Shown here: piece after piece, positions 37,525 through 46,911 of the stretch
Numbering within the stretch: the stretch's first letter is position 1
How the letters are laid out: each line of letters starts with the position of its first letter
Source: an uncultured Bdellovibrionales bacterium
GTDB lineage: Bacteria; Bdellovibrionota; UBA1018; CAIPTA01
Length of the DNA: 64,000 nucleotides
Assembly (NCBI GenBank): GCA_964551325.1
Contig: CAZKBU010000002.1
Span: 269,861 to 333,860, forward strand
Direction of reading: 5' to 3'
Program-made: the position numbers and the translations under genes
The notes under the pieces: generated by a model
Told to the model about the DNA's origin: nothing
Databases searched by the model: none
Seen by the model: the letters and a program-made list of their open reading frames with translations, nothing else

Positions 37525-38514
37525 ATGGACGACTCTCGGAAAATTCGAACCTTTGCCAGCGTGCTGTCCCTGGTGATGGGACTCCTTATCATGGGACTGA
37601 AGTTTCAAACCTGGCGCCTCACGGGCTCGACCGCCATTCTGTCGGATGCGCTGGAGAGTGTAGTCAATGTTGTGGCAGCGATTTTTGCGGTAATGGCCGT
37701 GCAAGCGGCGCACGCTCCGCCCGACACCAATCATCCCTACGGCCATGGAAAAATCGAGTTCGTTACGGCGGTTTTTGAGGGCGGACTCATCACCTTCGCT
37801 GCTCTAGTGATTGCTTGGGAGGCCATTCGAAATTTAATGGCAGGCCCCCAGGTACCCGATCTCTCGCAGGGTCTTTGGCTGATTATTTTTGCGGGCGGAC
37901 TTAACGGAATTCTCGGAGTGATTCTTATCGTTGCAGGAAAGCGCACGGAGTCCATTGCCCTCACAGCCGACGGCAAGCATGTGCTATCCGATTTTGTCAC
38001 CAGCCTCGGAGTGATCCTTGGTCTTGGAATCGTAAAGTGGACCGGCCTCGCGTGGCTCGATCCAGTAATCGCACTGTTGATGGCCGGCGTTCTAGGTCTC
38101 ACAGGAGTTCCGCTTGTAAAGAAGGCAGTGGACGGCCTGATCGATGCCGCCGATAATAAACTTCTCGAAAAACTCCGCATGGCTTTAGAGGCAAACCGCT
38201 CCAAGGAAATGATTCGCTTCCATCATGTGCGCGCCATGCGCAACGGACGAAGAATTCATGTCGATGGGCACGTAGTGATTCCGGAATTTTGGAAGCTACG
38301 GGAGGCCCACGACCAGGTCCATGCCTTCGAAACTGTAATCGTGGACAAAACCTTTCTGGAAGGTGAGATCGAATTCCATCTAGACCCATGCCGGCGCGTC
38401 TATTGCAAAGCCTGTGAGGTGCAGGAATGCCCCATTCGAGTTCATCCGTTTGAGTCACGCCCCCCTCTTACCCTGGAGGAGCTTGTGAGTCCGGTCGACA
38501 TTACTGATCAATAA
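37525..38514 (+). CDS. Cation diffusion facilitator (CDF) family divalent-cation efflux transporter
   Basis: 329 aa, 6 TM. 'SDALESVVNVV' (TM2 metal site) and 'HxxxD'-type TM5 site 'VLSDFVTSLG'. C-terminal cytoplasmic domain. Confidence 0.8.
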   Translation: MDDSRKIRTFASVLSLVMGLLIMGLKFQTWRLTGSTAILSDALESVVNVVAAIFAVMAVQAAHAPPDTNHPYGHGKIEFVTAVFEGGLITFAALVIAWEAIRNLMAGPQVPDLSQGLWLIIFAGGLNGILGVILIVAGKRTESIALTADGKHVLSDFVTSLGVILGLGIVKWTGLAWLDPVIALLMAGVLGLTGVPLVKKAVDGLIDAADNKLLEKLRMALEANRSKEMIRFHHVRAMRNGRRIHVDGHVVIPEFWKLREAHDQVHAFETVIVDKTFLEGEIEFHLDPCRRVYCKACEVQECPIRVHPFESRPPLTLEELVSPVDITDQ

Positions 38515-38519
38515 CCCCC

Positions 38520-39002
38520 ATGCACTACGAAATCCTCATCGACAAGCTCGAGAACCCTCGCAAATGCACGATTCATCCATTGCGAGATCGAGGCGACTTT
38601 ACCCTACGCTATTTTCGAGGAAATCGACCCATCGCGCCTTTTGTGTCGGAGGTTCTTCTACATGTGGACGGCATTTGTTTGTCGGAGCGGAAAGGAAAGA
38701 AACCTACGTCACTGGCTTTGATTGATTCCACATGGAAAAAAGTGGGCCCTACCTTAAATCGGGTGGAGCGACCACTTCCGGAACTCGTGAAGATTCCCGC
38801 TGGCTTCGTCACGGCTTATCCGCGCCGCAACAAGGAAGGAAAAGACCCACTGGAAGGGCTAGCTACTGTAGAGGCCCTCTTTATTGCGGCTGCATTCCTG
38901 GGAAACTGGGACGAAACTCTGCTAGAACACTATCACTTTGGTAAGGATTTCTTGGCCCACAACGATTTGGCCTGGAAAAAGTATGGGATTCGACCACATT
39001 AA
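38520..39002 (+). CDS. Short DTW-domain protein (candidate tRNA/rRNA aminocarboxypropyltransferase, TapT/Tsr3-like)
   Basis: 160 aa. 'LALIDSTWKKV' matches the DTW motif (E. coli TapT 'LDGTWPEA'). Downstream 'LATVEALFIAAAFLG' parallels TapT 'CTAEVAIALLDMAG'. Confidence 0.45.
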   Translation: MHYEILIDKLENPRKCTIHPLRDRGDFTLRYFRGNRPIAPFVSEVLLHVDGICLSERKGKKPTSLALIDSTWKKVGPTLNRVERPLPELVKIPAGFVTAYPRRNKEGKDPLEGLATVEALFIAAAFLGNWDETLLEHYHFGKDFLAHNDLAWKKYGIRPH

Positions 39003-39759
39003 AACAGCGCTTATCACGGGAGCCTCCAGCGGAATCGGAGAAGCTTGCGCGCGCCTTTTCGCGGAACGCTCCCACGGCCCTCTTACCCTCGTGATCACAG
39101 GACGACGTGCGGATCGCCTGGAATCGTTGTCTCGAGAGCTGACCCGAAACGAGATAAACGTCGTCCCCCTATCCCTCGACGTCCGAAATCGTCATGAGGT
39201 GGAGGAGCTTGCAAAAAACCCCCTTCTCTCGCGGCTGGACCTTTTGGTGAATAATGCAGGCCTAGCTGCGGGACAGGACCCCATCCAGAGCGGCGACCCG
39301 AACGACTGGGAGCAAATGATCGACACGAATGTGAAGGGGCTTCTCTGGGTTACCCGCGCGCTTTTGCCCCGTCTTTTGGCCCGCGGCACCGGTCATGTCG
39401 TGAACATTGGATCGATTGCTGGTCGATCCGTTTACCCCAACGGAGGCGTATACTGCGCCACCAAGCACGCCGTTCGAGCATTGAATGAAGCCATCCGGCT
39501 CGACACCGTGGGCAGCGGCGTTCGAGTGAGCAGCGTGGATCCCGGTATGGTTGACACGGAGTTTTCATTAGTGCGTTTTAAGGGCGACGCAAAGCGAGCT
39601 AGAAACGTTTATGAGGGCGTTCGCCCCCTCACGGGCCGCGACGTGGCCGAAGCTGTTCTGTGGTGCGTGAACCGTCCCGATCACGTGAATGTACAGGAAA
39701 TCCTTCTGATGCCCACCGATCAAGCCGGACCAAGGGACGTTTATCGGAGGGCGCCGTGA
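38983..39759 (+). CDS. Short-chain dehydrogenase/reductase (SDR) family oxidoreductase
   Basis: Trimmed to 'MGFDHIKTALITGASSGIGEA'. 'NNAGLAAG' and catalytic 'YCATKHAV' (YxxxK). Confidence 0.8.
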   Translation: MGFDHIKTALITGASSGIGEACARLFAERSHGPLTLVITGRRADRLESLSRELTRNEINVVPLSLDVRNRHEVEELAKNPLLSRLDLLVNNAGLAAGQDPIQSGDPNDWEQMIDTNVKGLLWVTRALLPRLLARGTGHVVNIGSIAGRSVYPNGGVYCATKHAVRALNEAIRLDTVGSGVRVSSVDPGMVDTEFSLVRFKGDAKRARNVYEGVRPLTGRDVAEAVLWCVNRPDHVNVQEILLMPTDQAGPRDVYRRAP

Positions 39760-41375
39760 ATCCGCAGGACTTACGCGAGATCGAGCGTCGCCGCACTTTC
39801 GCTATCATTTCTCACCCCGACGCAGGGAAAACCACACTCACGGAAAAGCTTCTCCTCTACGGTGGTGCGATTCATGAGGCGGGAGAAGTAAAAGCCAAGA
39901 AGGAGCGCAGATCGGCGCGGTCAGACTGGATGAAGCTCGAACAGGAGCGAGGAATCTCTGTGAGCTCGTCGGTGATGCAATTCGACTACCGGGGAATGAA
40001 GATCAACCTCCTCGACACGCCGGGTCACGCCGACTTCTCCGAAGACACCTACCGCACTCTCGCCGCCGTGGACTCGGCGGTGATGGTGCTCGACAACGCC
40101 AAAGGCGTGGAAACTCAAACCGTAAAACTCTTCGAAGTGTGCCGCATGCGTCGCACACCGATCCTCACTTTTATCAACAAACTCGATCGCGAAGGCCGCT
40201 CTCCCTTTGAGCTGATGGATGAGGTCGAAAAGACGCTTAATATTCAGTGCAATCCCGTTACCTGGCCCATCGGCATGGGAAAGGGGTTTCGAGGCATCTA
40301 CCACCGTGTTCTTAAACGTGTGGTTCTTTTCAAAGACGAGGGATTCGCCACCGACGAGGCGGAGGAAAGAGAGTTCGCCTCCCCCTCGGATCCAGCGCTG
40401 AGAGATTTGATTGGCCCCGAGCTGCACGACCAACTCGTGGAGGACCTTGAATTGGTGGAAGGCACTTTGGGCCCTCTTGATGTGAACGCTTTTCGCAGAG
40501 CCGACGTAACTCCTGTAATGTTCGGATCGGCACGCACCAACTTCGGTGTTCGCCACTTCTTGGAACTCTTCGTGGAGATTGCCCCAGGCCCCGGCGATCA
40601 GCCGGCGTTCGACGGCCCCGTGCACCCCAGTGATCCGTTTTTCTCCGCCTTCGTGTTCAAAATTCAAGCGAACATGGACAAAAACCATCGAGACCGAATT
40701 GCATTTCTTCGCATTTGCTCCGGTCGCTTCGAAAGAAACATGTACGCGAAGCATTCCCGCCTTGGCCGAGAAGTGCGCCTCGCCCACTCCCAACAGTTTT
40801 TGGCCAGAGATCGCAGCACCGTGGACATAGCTTTCGCCGGCGACATCCTTGGACTTCACGACACTGGGAACTTCAAAATCGGCGACACCATTTTCACGGG
40901 CGGCCGAAAGATCGAGTTCGCCGGAATACCCCAGTTTACTCCCGAACATTTCGCCAAAGTGGACTTGAAAGATCCCATGAAGCGAAAGCAGTTCAATAAG
41001 GGTCTATTAGAACTCTGCGACGAAGGTACGGTGCAGTATTTCGTTGACCCAAGAGTAGGAGACCAGGATCCACTACTGGCCGCGGTGGGCATGCTTCAGT
41101 TTGAGGTTCTATTGTTTCGTATGCAGGACGAGTATGGAGTAGACGTGAAACTCCGTACCCAACCCTATAAGCATGCCCGCTGGGTTCGCTATAAGGATGG
41201 CCGCAGCCAAGCACCTGATCCTTATTCCGTTAAGGGCACAGCCACATTTGTGCAGGATCGCCTAGGCAATTTGGTCGGGCTTTATACCAGCGATTTCCAT
41301 CTCGACTGGGCTGTTCATAACAACCCCGATGTGGTGTTTCTGAAGAGCATGCAGTCTCGCGACACCCCGCATTAG
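39756..41375 (+). CDS. prfC: Peptide chain release factor 3
   Basis: Trimmed to a GTG start overlapping the SDR stop (GTGA). 'RRRTFAIISHPDAGKTTLTEKLLLYGGAI' G1 box, 'DTPGHADF' G3, 'NKLDR' G4. Confidence 0.9.
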   Translation: MNPQDLREIERRRTFAIISHPDAGKTTLTEKLLLYGGAIHEAGEVKAKKERRSARSDWMKLEQERGISVSSSVMQFDYRGMKINLLDTPGHADFSEDTYRTLAAVDSAVMVLDNAKGVETQTVKLFEVCRMRRTPILTFINKLDREGRSPFELMDEVEKTLNIQCNPVTWPIGMGKGFRGIYHRVLKRVVLFKDEGFATDEAEEREFASPSDPALRDLIGPELHDQLVEDLELVEGTLGPLDVNAFRRADVTPVMFGSARTNFGVRHFLELFVEIAPGPGDQPAFDGPVHPSDPFFSAFVFKIQANMDKNHRDRIAFLRICSGRFERNMYAKHSRLGREVRLAHSQQFLARDRSTVDIAFAGDILGLHDTGNFKIGDTIFTGGRKIEFAGIPQFTPEHFAKVDLKDPMKRKQFNKGLLELCDEGTVQYFVDPRVGDQDPLLAAVGMLQFEVLLFRMQDEYGVDVKLRTQPYKHARWVRYKDGRSQAPDPYSVKGTATFVQDRLGNLVGLYTSDFHLDWAVHNNPDVVFLKSMQSRDTPH

Positions 41376-41460
41376 GCTAATCATTTCCTAATTTATTTCC
41401 GCTGTTTCTTTTCGTTCCGGTTTTGTTAGAAAAGTGCGAACTCTTCCACAGGAGATATCC

Positions 41461-42324
41461 ATGAAATTTCTTCCACTGATCCTAGCCCTGATTTTAAACG
41501 CCACGGCCTTCGCCAAAGATGAAGTGATCATCGGCTTCACTCCTTCGGAAAATGCCGACGTAGTGGAGACTAACAGCAAAGCGTTCTCCGCTTACTACAA
41601 AGAGAAGACCGGCAAATCGGTAAAGACCTTCATCGCCACCGACTACGCTGCCCTGATCGAAGCACTGCGATCCAGCCGAGTGGATTTTGCATTCCTCCCC
41701 CCCTTCTCGTTTGTGAAAGCCGAAAAATTCGCAGACGCGAAAGTCTTGATGAAAAGCGTTCGTAAAGGTCGCGACGTTTTCTACAGCGCCATCATCACGA
41801 GAAACGATAAAGGAATTAAATCTCTCGAGGACCTCAAGGGTAAAAATATCGCTTGGGTGGATCCTTCCAGCACTTCCGGTCACGTGTTTCCGAAGGCGGG
41901 CTTAATCACGAAGAAAAAGCTCGACCCCGATAAGTTTTTCGGAAAACAGATCTACGCCGGCGGCCATGATGCTGCCGTGCTCGCCGTTCTGAACGGTTCG
42001 GTAGACGCAGCCGCCACCTATGTGAACGACAAAGCCGGCACCGACGGATCCTGGACGCCACTCGATAAAGAAAAGAAAATCCAGGTGGTGTTCGTCACAG
42101 ACGCCATTCCTGCCGACACCATGGCAACATCCAACAAGTTTGCTGCAGCAAACAAGGAGCTCGTGGATCTAACCGTGAAACTTTTGGGTGATATGGGTAA
42201 AGACGAGAAGGGACGAAAGATTCTTACCGATCTCTATCGAGTCGACGGAATGAAGCCCGCCACCTCTAAAGACTACGACATCGTGCGCGCCGCCGCTAAA
42301 GTGGTCGGCATCGACATCAACTGA
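41461..42324 (+). CDS. phnD: Phosphonate/phosphite ABC transporter periplasmic binding protein
   Basis: Trimmed to 'MKFLPLILALILNATAFA' signal peptide. PhnD-family body ('DYAALIEALRSSRVDFAFL', 'STSGHVFP'). Confidence 0.8.
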   Translation: MKFLPLILALILNATAFAKDEVIIGFTPSENADVVETNSKAFSAYYKEKTGKSVKTFIATDYAALIEALRSSRVDFAFLPPFSFVKAEKFADAKVLMKSVRKGRDVFYSAIITRNDKGIKSLEDLKGKNIAWVDPSSTSGHVFPKAGLITKKKLDPDKFFGKQIYAGGHDAAVLAVLNGSVDAAATYVNDKAGTDGSWTPLDKEKKIQVVFVTDAIPADTMATSNKFAAANKELVDLTVKLLGDMGKDEKGRKILTDLYRVDGMKPATSKDYDIVRAAAKVVGIDIN

Positions 42325-42338
42325 TCGGACGCTGACTC

Positions 42339-43103
42339 ATGTCGATTATCGCGCGAGATCTTTCCAGAAGCTTCGACGGGGGTAAAACCTACGCCCTTAA
42401 AGATGTGAATCTGGAAATTCAACAGGGAGAGTTCATTGCCATCATCGGCCTGTCCGGTGCCGGCAAGAGCACGTTCCTTCGCGCGATCAACGGCACCAAT
42501 AACCCCGTGGAAGGTTCCCTGGAGGTCTTGGGCCACAAAGTCGAGACACTTCAGGGACGCGATCTCGTGAATCTTCGGAAGCAAGTCGGCTTCATCTTCC
42601 AACAGTTCAATTTGGTCAAAAGCCTTTCTGTACTTCAAAATGTTTTGGTCGGGCGCGTAGCCTACGCTCCTCTTTGGCGCACCCTTACGGGCCTCTACAG
42701 TGACGACGACAAGGCCATTGCCAAAAGTGCCTTAGATGCGGTCGGGCTCGACGGGCGCTACCACGAACGAGCCCGCAACTTGTCGGGCGGCCAACAGCAG
42801 CGCGTCGCTATCGCAAGAGCGCTTGTGCAAGAGCCCAAAATCATTCTTGCCGACGAACCGATGGCATCCCTTGATCCCAAGCTTTCTGAAGTCGTGATTG
42901 AGATGCTCTCCCGCATCAACGAAGAACGTCGAATTACCGTACTGGTTAATATTCATGTTCTCGAGCTCGCTAAGAAATATGCAAAGCGGATGATCGCCTT
43001 CCGAAAAGGGAAAGTGGTCTTTGACGGCCCGCCCTCCGACCTTACTGACGAACGGATTGAGGAGATCTATCAGGTCGACAAAAAAATGTTCGATCAGATG
43101 TGA
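42339..43103 (+). CDS. phnC: Phosphonate ABC transporter ATP-binding protein
   Basis: 254 aa. Walker A 'GLSGAGKST', signature 'LSGGQQQRVAIAR', Walker B 'ILADEP'. Confidence 0.85.
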   Translation: MSIIARDLSRSFDGGKTYALKDVNLEIQQGEFIAIIGLSGAGKSTFLRAINGTNNPVEGSLEVLGHKVETLQGRDLVNLRKQVGFIFQQFNLVKSLSVLQNVLVGRVAYAPLWRTLTGLYSDDDKAIAKSALDAVGLDGRYHERARNLSGGQQQRVAIARALVQEPKIILADEPMASLDPKLSEVVIEMLSRINEERRITVLVNIHVLELAKKYAKRMIAFRKGKVVFDGPPSDLTDERIEEIYQVDKKMFDQM

Positions 43104-43924
43104 GTTTTGACGCCATGACCACTACTAAGCTCAAGCCAGTTTCTCTTCCTCCTCCGAAGCCTTTCACTTGGCGCACCGCGGTTTGGTACTGCGTGTTGGC
43201 GTTTATTTTTGCCCTCACCTGGTGGTGCGCTACGGCAGTTGAGTTTTCCATGTCGAAACTGATCGAAGGCGGGCCCTACATGGCCGACTTCCTCAAAAGG
43301 ATGTGGCCACCGGATCTGACGATTATTGACCGAGTGTTTACGGACACACTCCTCACCATTCAACTAGCCTGGGTTTCCACTGTAATCGCCGTTTTCCTCT
43401 CCCTTCCTGTCGGTTTTCTGGCTGCGTCCAATATCTTTGAAAATAAAGCGATCCGCGCCGTAACGATTTTCTTTCTGAATGCCGACCGCGCGATCGACTC
43501 TTTGATTCTTGCTCTATTCTTTGTGAGCGCCGTAGGTCTAGGACCATTTCCCGGAACTCTCGCATTGGCCATCCATTCCATAGGTATGCTCGGCAAGCTT
43601 TTTGCCGACGCAATTGAGGCCATCGATCGAGGACCGCTGGAAGCGCTCGAAAGCGCCGGCGCCAATAAGCTTGAAGTGATTCGCTGGGCCGTGTGGCCTC
43701 AGGTAGCACCTCACTTTATCAGCTTTTTCTTGTTCCGATTTGAGCTCAATGTTCGCGTTGCCGTTGTGCTCGGCCTCGTGGGCGCTGGCGGAATTGGATT
43801 CCTTCTCACGAGCTATATGCGCCTATTCCAGTACCAAAAGGTAGCCACCGTGGTGCTCGTGATTCTGGCGCTTGTGATGGTGGTCGACTACTTCTCCTCT
43901 AAGCTCCGTAGATCTGTTCTCTGA
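43100..43924 (+). CDS. phnE: Phosphonate ABC transporter permease
   Basis: 274 aa, 6 TM. EAA-like loop 'EAIDRGPLEALESAGANKLEVIRW'. ATGA overlap with phnC. Confidence 0.8.
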   Translation: MSFDAMTTTKLKPVSLPPPKPFTWRTAVWYCVLAFIFALTWWCATAVEFSMSKLIEGGPYMADFLKRMWPPDLTIIDRVFTDTLLTIQLAWVSTVIAVFLSLPVGFLAASNIFENKAIRAVTIFFLNADRAIDSLILALFFVSAVGLGPFPGTLALAIHSIGMLGKLFADAIEAIDRGPLEALESAGANKLEVIRWAVWPQVAPHFISFFLFRFELNVRVAVVLGLVGAGGIGFLLTSYMRLFQYQKVATVVLVILALVMVVDYFSSKLRRSVL

Positions 43925-43953
43925 GCCAGTTAGCGAGGCATCGATAATTTTCA

Positions 43954-43984
43954 ATTGGGGGCCTTAACGGCCCCAATTTTTTTC
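43954..43984 (+). terminator. Rho-independent terminator after phnE
   Basis: ATTGGGGGCC-ttaac-GGCCCCAAT perfect 9-bp stem followed by TTTTTTTCTT. Confidence 0.6.
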
Positions 43985-44062
43985 TTGACTCACTTTTTGT
44001 TGAACTAAACCCAATCTTTCTTTAAAAATTCCCTAAACAAACTCAGGAGACCGCAATCACCC

Positions 44063-44365
44063 ATGCAAGAGCTGTTCAAAGTGATGGGAAAATTTCTTCA
44101 ATCCAAGCGCCTCGAGATGAATCTCAGCCAAGGCGAAGTGGCCGACAAGCTGGGCTATTCATCCCCGCAGTTTATTTCTAATATCGAACGCGGACTCTGC
44201 GCCCCCCCTCTCAAGAAACTGAAGCAGCTAATCAGCCTCTACGATCTAAATGGTGAAGAAGTCGTTGTAATGATCCTGGGCGAACATGAGCGCCATCTCC
44301 GTCGCACTCTTGGTCTTCGCAAGGTCGGCATTCGCCCGCCAAAGCGCCGTAAGCTGGACTCCTAA
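44063..44365 (+). CDS. XRE-family helix-turn-helix transcriptional regulator
   Basis: 100 aa. 'LQSKRLEMNLSQGEVADKLGYSSPQFISNIERG' is a canonical Cro/C1-type HTH. Confidence 0.7.
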   Translation: MQELFKVMGKFLQSKRLEMNLSQGEVADKLGYSSPQFISNIERGLCAPPLKKLKQLISLYDLNGEEVVVMILGEHERHLRRTLGLRKVGIRPPKRRKLDS

Positions 44366-44380
44366 ATCGAGTCCTTACCC

Positions 44381-45250
44381 TTGGAAATCCACTATTGGAA
44401 CCGTAGTCGAGGACGGGAAGAACTCGAGAAAGTATACGGCGACGACTGGATTCGCCTCTTCTACGAAACAAGCGCGGGATTAAGTCTCACCGACAAGATT
44501 CTTGTAAGGCCTGTTCTTTCCCGCCTCTACGGCGCCATTCAGAGTTCGTCCGTATCGAGGAGTAAGATCGCCCCGTTTATCCGTGCCTTCGACATTGACA
44601 TGTCGCTCTACGAAGACCCGGGGTTCACGTGCTTCAACGACTTCTTTATTCGGAAATTCCGTCCAGGTGTGCGCCCCATCGTTGGGGTCCCCAAACAAAT
44701 GGCCGCACCGGCTGAGGCCCGGTATTTCGGATGGGAAAGCCCGCCTTCGGAATTTCCCGTAAAAGGCCTGAATCTCAGTGCCGAGGCCATCCTTGGAAGA
44801 TCCTGCCCAGAGTTTCAGGGCGGCCCCGTGCTCCTCGCCAGACTCTGCCCGGTTGACTACCACCGCTTTCACTTCCCCGATCACGGTGAGGTACTGGACC
44901 ATTGGCGGGTCGAGGGAATGCTGCATTCCGTGAATCCCACGGCACTGCGAGCCCGTCCCGCGGTGTTTGCGATTAACGAACGTCAGGTAACCCTCCTACA
45001 GACCGAAGCTTTCGGTCGTCTAGCGTATGTAGAGGTAGGAGCCTTGTGCGTGGGGAAAATCGTGCAAACGCATAAGGGCAAGCATTTTCGCCGAGGCGAA
45101 GAAAAAGGGTACTTCTTGTTTGGAGGATCCACCGTGATCCTCTTCGGCGAACCCGGGAAGTGGAAGCCATCACAAGACATCCTCCGGAACACCGGCAATA
45201 GACTGGAAACCTTAGTGGAACTAGGGACCCAGGTAGCGGAAGCGCTGTAA
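44381..45250 (+). CDS. psd: Phosphatidylserine decarboxylase proenzyme
   Basis: 289 aa. Self-cleavage motif 'FLFGGSTVILF' (G-S-T) near the C-terminus and 'DYHRFH' conserved His region. Confidence 0.8.
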   Translation: MEIHYWNRSRGREELEKVYGDDWIRLFYETSAGLSLTDKILVRPVLSRLYGAIQSSSVSRSKIAPFIRAFDIDMSLYEDPGFTCFNDFFIRKFRPGVRPIVGVPKQMAAPAEARYFGWESPPSEFPVKGLNLSAEAILGRSCPEFQGGPVLLARLCPVDYHRFHFPDHGEVLDHWRVEGMLHSVNPTALRARPAVFAINERQVTLLQTEAFGRLAYVEVGALCVGKIVQTHKGKHFRRGEEKGYFLFGGSTVILFGEPGKWKPSQDILRNTGNRLETLVELGTQVAEAL

Positions 45251-45280
45251 AAGGCGGCGGCGATTCGCTAGAATCGGCCC

Positions 45281-46822
45281 ATGCGCTTCTATCTCACGAC
45301 CCCGATTTACTACGTCAACGACACGCCCCACATCGGGCACGCCTACACCACCGTGGTGGCGGATGTGATCGCCCGGTATCATCGGCTTTTCGGACACGAG
45401 ACACTGTTCCTCACGGGCGTGGACGAACACGGCCAAAAGGTGCAGCAGGCCGCGGAAAAGAGGGGGCTCGCTCCACAGGCGCACTGCGACGAAATGCAGA
45501 AAAATTTTCGCGCCATCTGGAAAGAGCTCAATATCGAGCACGATATTTTTTTCCGAACCACGGATGAATTTCACAAGCTGGCGGTGCAAAAGTGCCTGCA
45601 AGATCTTTGGGACAAGGGAGAAATTTACGCCCAAGATTATGAGGGCTGGTATTCGGTCAGCGAAGAATGCTTTTTTACGGAAAAGGATCTCGTAAACGGA
45701 AAAACACCACAGGGAAGTGACGTAGTTAGAATCACGGAGAAGAACTACTTCTTCCGAATGAGCAAGTATCAGGATCGACTCATTCAGCACATAGAGGCAA
45801 ATCCAGGATTTATTCAGCCCGATTTCAGAAAAAATGAAGTATTGGGGTTTCTAAAAAAGCCCCTGCAGGACCTGTGCATTTCCCGTCCGAAGAGCCGAAT
45901 GGCGTGGGGTATCGAGTTGCCGTTCGACAAAGATTTCGTCTGTTACGTTTGGTTCGACGCTCTTTTGAATTACGCGACCGGCGTTGGCTATCAACAGCCG
46001 GAGCGTGAAGCGGAGTTTCGTAAGTGGTGGAAGGAGTGCCCTCCCGTGCACCTTCTCGGAAAAGACATTCTCACTACTCACGCCGTATATTGGCCTACTA
46101 TGCTTATGGCCTTAGGCATCCCCCTTCCCCGCACGATCTTCGCCCACGGCTGGTGGCTCACAGAGAGCGGTGAAAAAATGAGCAAGTCGAAGGGCGTGGT
46201 CGTCCGTCCACTCGACATCAAAAATGTGGTGGGAGTGGACCCTCTTCGCTACTTTTTGATTCGTGAACTCCACTTGGGCAACGACACCGCCTTTTCTCCG
46301 GAAATCGTGATCAGTCGGGTGAATGCGGATCTTGCCAATACGCTGGGCAACCTGTTTTCGCGGTCATCAAACATCGTGGAGAAGAGTTTTGAAGGACGTG
46401 TTCCTGCCGTGAAATCGCCCTCACCGGCTTCCGAGGAGCTTCTAAAGAAGGTGGAGTGCCTGCATCCCCGGGTAAAGACTTTTGTGGAAGCGATGCAGCC
46501 GAGCCGAGCCGCGGAGGCTGTGATGGAGGTCCTGAACGACGCCAACAAGTACATGGGCGATCAGGCTCCATGGAAGCAGATCAAAGAAGATCGTGATGCG
46601 GCCGCCGACACTCTGTATACGGTTTTGGAAGTCGTTCGGGTCGCCGCAGTACTGCTTTGGCCCGTGATGCCGGGTAAGATGAGCGAGTTGCTGGAACGCC
46701 TCGGCGCCAATCCTAAACCGGCTTTTTCCGACGCCACCAAACGGCGCGGACTTGCGCCCGGCACCCCCATGGTTAAGGGCGACCCACTCTTTCCGAGATC
46801 GGAACTGCCGAAGGAATCTTGA
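45281..46822 (+). CDS. metG: Methionine--tRNA ligase
   Basis: 513 aa. 'PIYYVNDTPHIGHAYTTVVADV' (HIGH motif) and 'KMSKSKGVV' (KMSKS). Confidence 0.9.
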   Translation: MRFYLTTPIYYVNDTPHIGHAYTTVVADVIARYHRLFGHETLFLTGVDEHGQKVQQAAEKRGLAPQAHCDEMQKNFRAIWKELNIEHDIFFRTTDEFHKLAVQKCLQDLWDKGEIYAQDYEGWYSVSEECFFTEKDLVNGKTPQGSDVVRITEKNYFFRMSKYQDRLIQHIEANPGFIQPDFRKNEVLGFLKKPLQDLCISRPKSRMAWGIELPFDKDFVCYVWFDALLNYATGVGYQQPEREAEFRKWWKECPPVHLLGKDILTTHAVYWPTMLMALGIPLPRTIFAHGWWLTESGEKMSKSKGVVVRPLDIKNVVGVDPLRYFLIRELHLGNDTAFSPEIVISRVNADLANTLGNLFSRSSNIVEKSFEGRVPAVKSPSPASEELLKKVECLHPRVKTFVEAMQPSRAAEAVMEVLNDANKYMGDQAPWKQIKEDRDAAADTLYTVLEVVRVAAVLLWPVMPGKMSELLERLGANPKPAFSDATKRRGLAPGTPMVKGDPLFPRSELPKES

Positions 46823-46911
46823 AATTCCCAGTAATGATTTTCACAAACTCAACGTGAACGCCACTGGACTAACAGAGCGAGAGAGCTCTGTTTACTGATG
46901 GCCCTGCCCGC

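Noticed and set aside
39921-40949. 342-aa minus-strand ORF
   Set aside because: It is fully antisense to prfC (RF3), which has a clear GTPase G1-G4 box set. There is no motif in the antisense product.
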